From positions 1-20,873 of the forward strand of contig JBJCIZ010000772.1 of assembly GCA_051294375.1 (NCBI GenBank): a DNA stretch of 20,873 nt, read 5' to 3'. Position 1 is the first letter of the stretch. Each line of letters begins with the position of its first letter. Made by a program: the position numbers and the translations under genes. Below the pieces are notes generated by a model. That model saw only the letters and a list, made by a program, of their open reading frames with translations, searched no databases and was not told where the DNA came from. This document shows, one piece after another, positions 19,475-20,873 of the stretch. Source of the DNA: Paraspadella gotoi. Taxonomy: Eukaryota; Animalia; Chaetognatha.

Positions 19475-20205
19475 AGAGAAATATAATCGTCATAAAGAGA
19501 AAGGAGAAGTGGGAGAGATGTCTTTTCACGCAAGCAAGCAAGCCGACCAAGCTATTATCAACTGTCGAACCAGCCAGCGGAATTTGTCAACCAAGGAGGC
19601 GTAACCATGATATATATATATAGATAAAATTAGATATATATTGTTTATTATATTATACACAGTTGGACCTTTATAATCGGCGATTTGGCTCACTACTGTC
19701 TATCTGTATAAGTCATTTCGATTCATATTGTCCGAATATTGTTAATATTTCCCTTGGCTTCTTTCCTTAACACTTTCGATTTTCGACCCCAATGAATTTC
19801 CATTCACGGTCACGACCCCAGAGAACCTGCCTGTCGTAACGCATTTTTTTCACGCGCAACGCTATGAATATCGTTACGCGCCTCGACACGCAGTTTTGCC
19901 TCGCGGGCAAACAAAATGAAATTATTCTCGCGTAACGGAAAAACCTTCGCTTATCTCGAGAATTGCGTAAGTGATGGAGCATCCAGTTTTATAACCTTCC
20001 TTGGTTCAGGCGTACGAGTTTTCGCTTGGTACGCAAAACTAAAAAAAATATTTTGAGAAAATCTGATTCAAAATCGTAAATTCTATACTTATTTTTATCC
20101 TATTTTTTTTTTCTAAGGTGATCCAAGTAATCTTTCAAAAACAACTACCAAAGGCAAAGGCGGATACACATTCTCTTTGGCATACATTCGGGCACGAACC
20201 CAGGA

Positions 20206-20228
20206 GCGCACGCACGCACGCACGCACG
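20206..20228. repeat. (GCAC)n short tandem repeat
   Basis: gcgcacgcacgcacgcacgcacg. Confidence 0.85.
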
Positions 20229-20437
20229 TTCGTAGGTTTGACTTCTCTCCAACAACGAATAATTCTACTCAAATCCCACGACTCACAACAGTTTAATATT
20301 ATAAAATTTAATATTAAAATAAAAAAAAACTCCGATAAAGTTTTTCGATTTCAAAATCAAATTTAATTTTTCAGTCTCGAAACAATTTCCTGTTTTCTCA
20401 AATGTGTCTCCCTCTTCTCTCAAACACTCTGTCCCTG

Positions 20438-20467
20438 TATCCAATCCTATCCAATCCTATCCAATCC
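20438..20467. repeat. (TATCCAATCC)3 tandem repeat
   Basis: Three perfect 10-mers upstream of a pyrimidine tract. Confidence 0.9.
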
Positions 20468-20518
20468 TCTCACCCAGACCCTTCGTCTCTCCTTTTTCTT
20501 TCTCACCCTTTTCTCCCA

Positions 20519-20521
<3 letters not shown>

Positions 20522-20580
<59 letters not shown>
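20522..20580. repeat. (TC)n microsatellite
   Basis: About 59-nt near-perfect TC run. Confidence 0.97.
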
Positions 20581-20873
20581 CACCCCCTTTTTAAAGTTCC
20601 CTTCTGCGAGAAACGAGAACGCTTCACTCCGTCCTTACTCCCACGCTCCTCGCAGCATTTACCCTACACCCTCGCTCCCACTCCAGCTCTTAGGCGGCGT
20701 GGAAATTCGCAGAAATTGAATTTGGTTCGTGATACTTGGCGATTCGATAAAATTCTCTCGCGGCTCGAATTATGCATACGGCTTCTGTTATTAGTCCGTA
20801 AAAGAGGTTTTTGCCGGCGTAGGAAGGGAGGTACCGTCGGGCCGTCGTCGTCGTTGTTAATGTTGTTGTCGTT

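Noticed and set aside
19767-19790. TTAA-CACTTT piggyBac-like end
   Set aside because: No matching inverted end found in the window.

Overview
AT-rich, repeat-dense eukaryotic (probably invertebrate animal) genomic DNA with no confidently identifiable host gene. (1) 35-5420 (+): an apparently full-length, slightly disrupted Jockey/I-group LINE. ORF1 has three CCHC knuckles; ORF2 has an AP endonuclease and RT, and no RNase H. It is flanked on both sides by (TC)n, ends in a stem-loop plus (AATTC)4 tail, and has a correctly spaced MTE+DPE internal promoter whose predicted +1 falls inside the TC tract. This makes it a candidate microsatellite-targeting LINE. (2) 5.4-10.3 kb: AT-rich spacer containing two convergent Penelope-type minimal hammerhead ribozyme motifs, a TA-flanked 13-bp-TIR MITE carrying nested repeats (including a DINE-1/Helentron-like unit), and a ~72-bp direct repeat. 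(3) 10336-19474 (-): a GC-rich Ty3/Gypsy element of the CsRn1-like type (tRNA-Trp PBS, CHCC Gag, unusual DGG protease motif). About 3.4 kb of it appears twice, on either side of a 100-N gap, with indel-dominated differences and no shared TSD. This is probably an assembly overlap or mis-join rather than a real tandem element. Most short ORFs in the track are frameshifted fragments or antisense noise from these elements. All calls are by eye; no searches were run.
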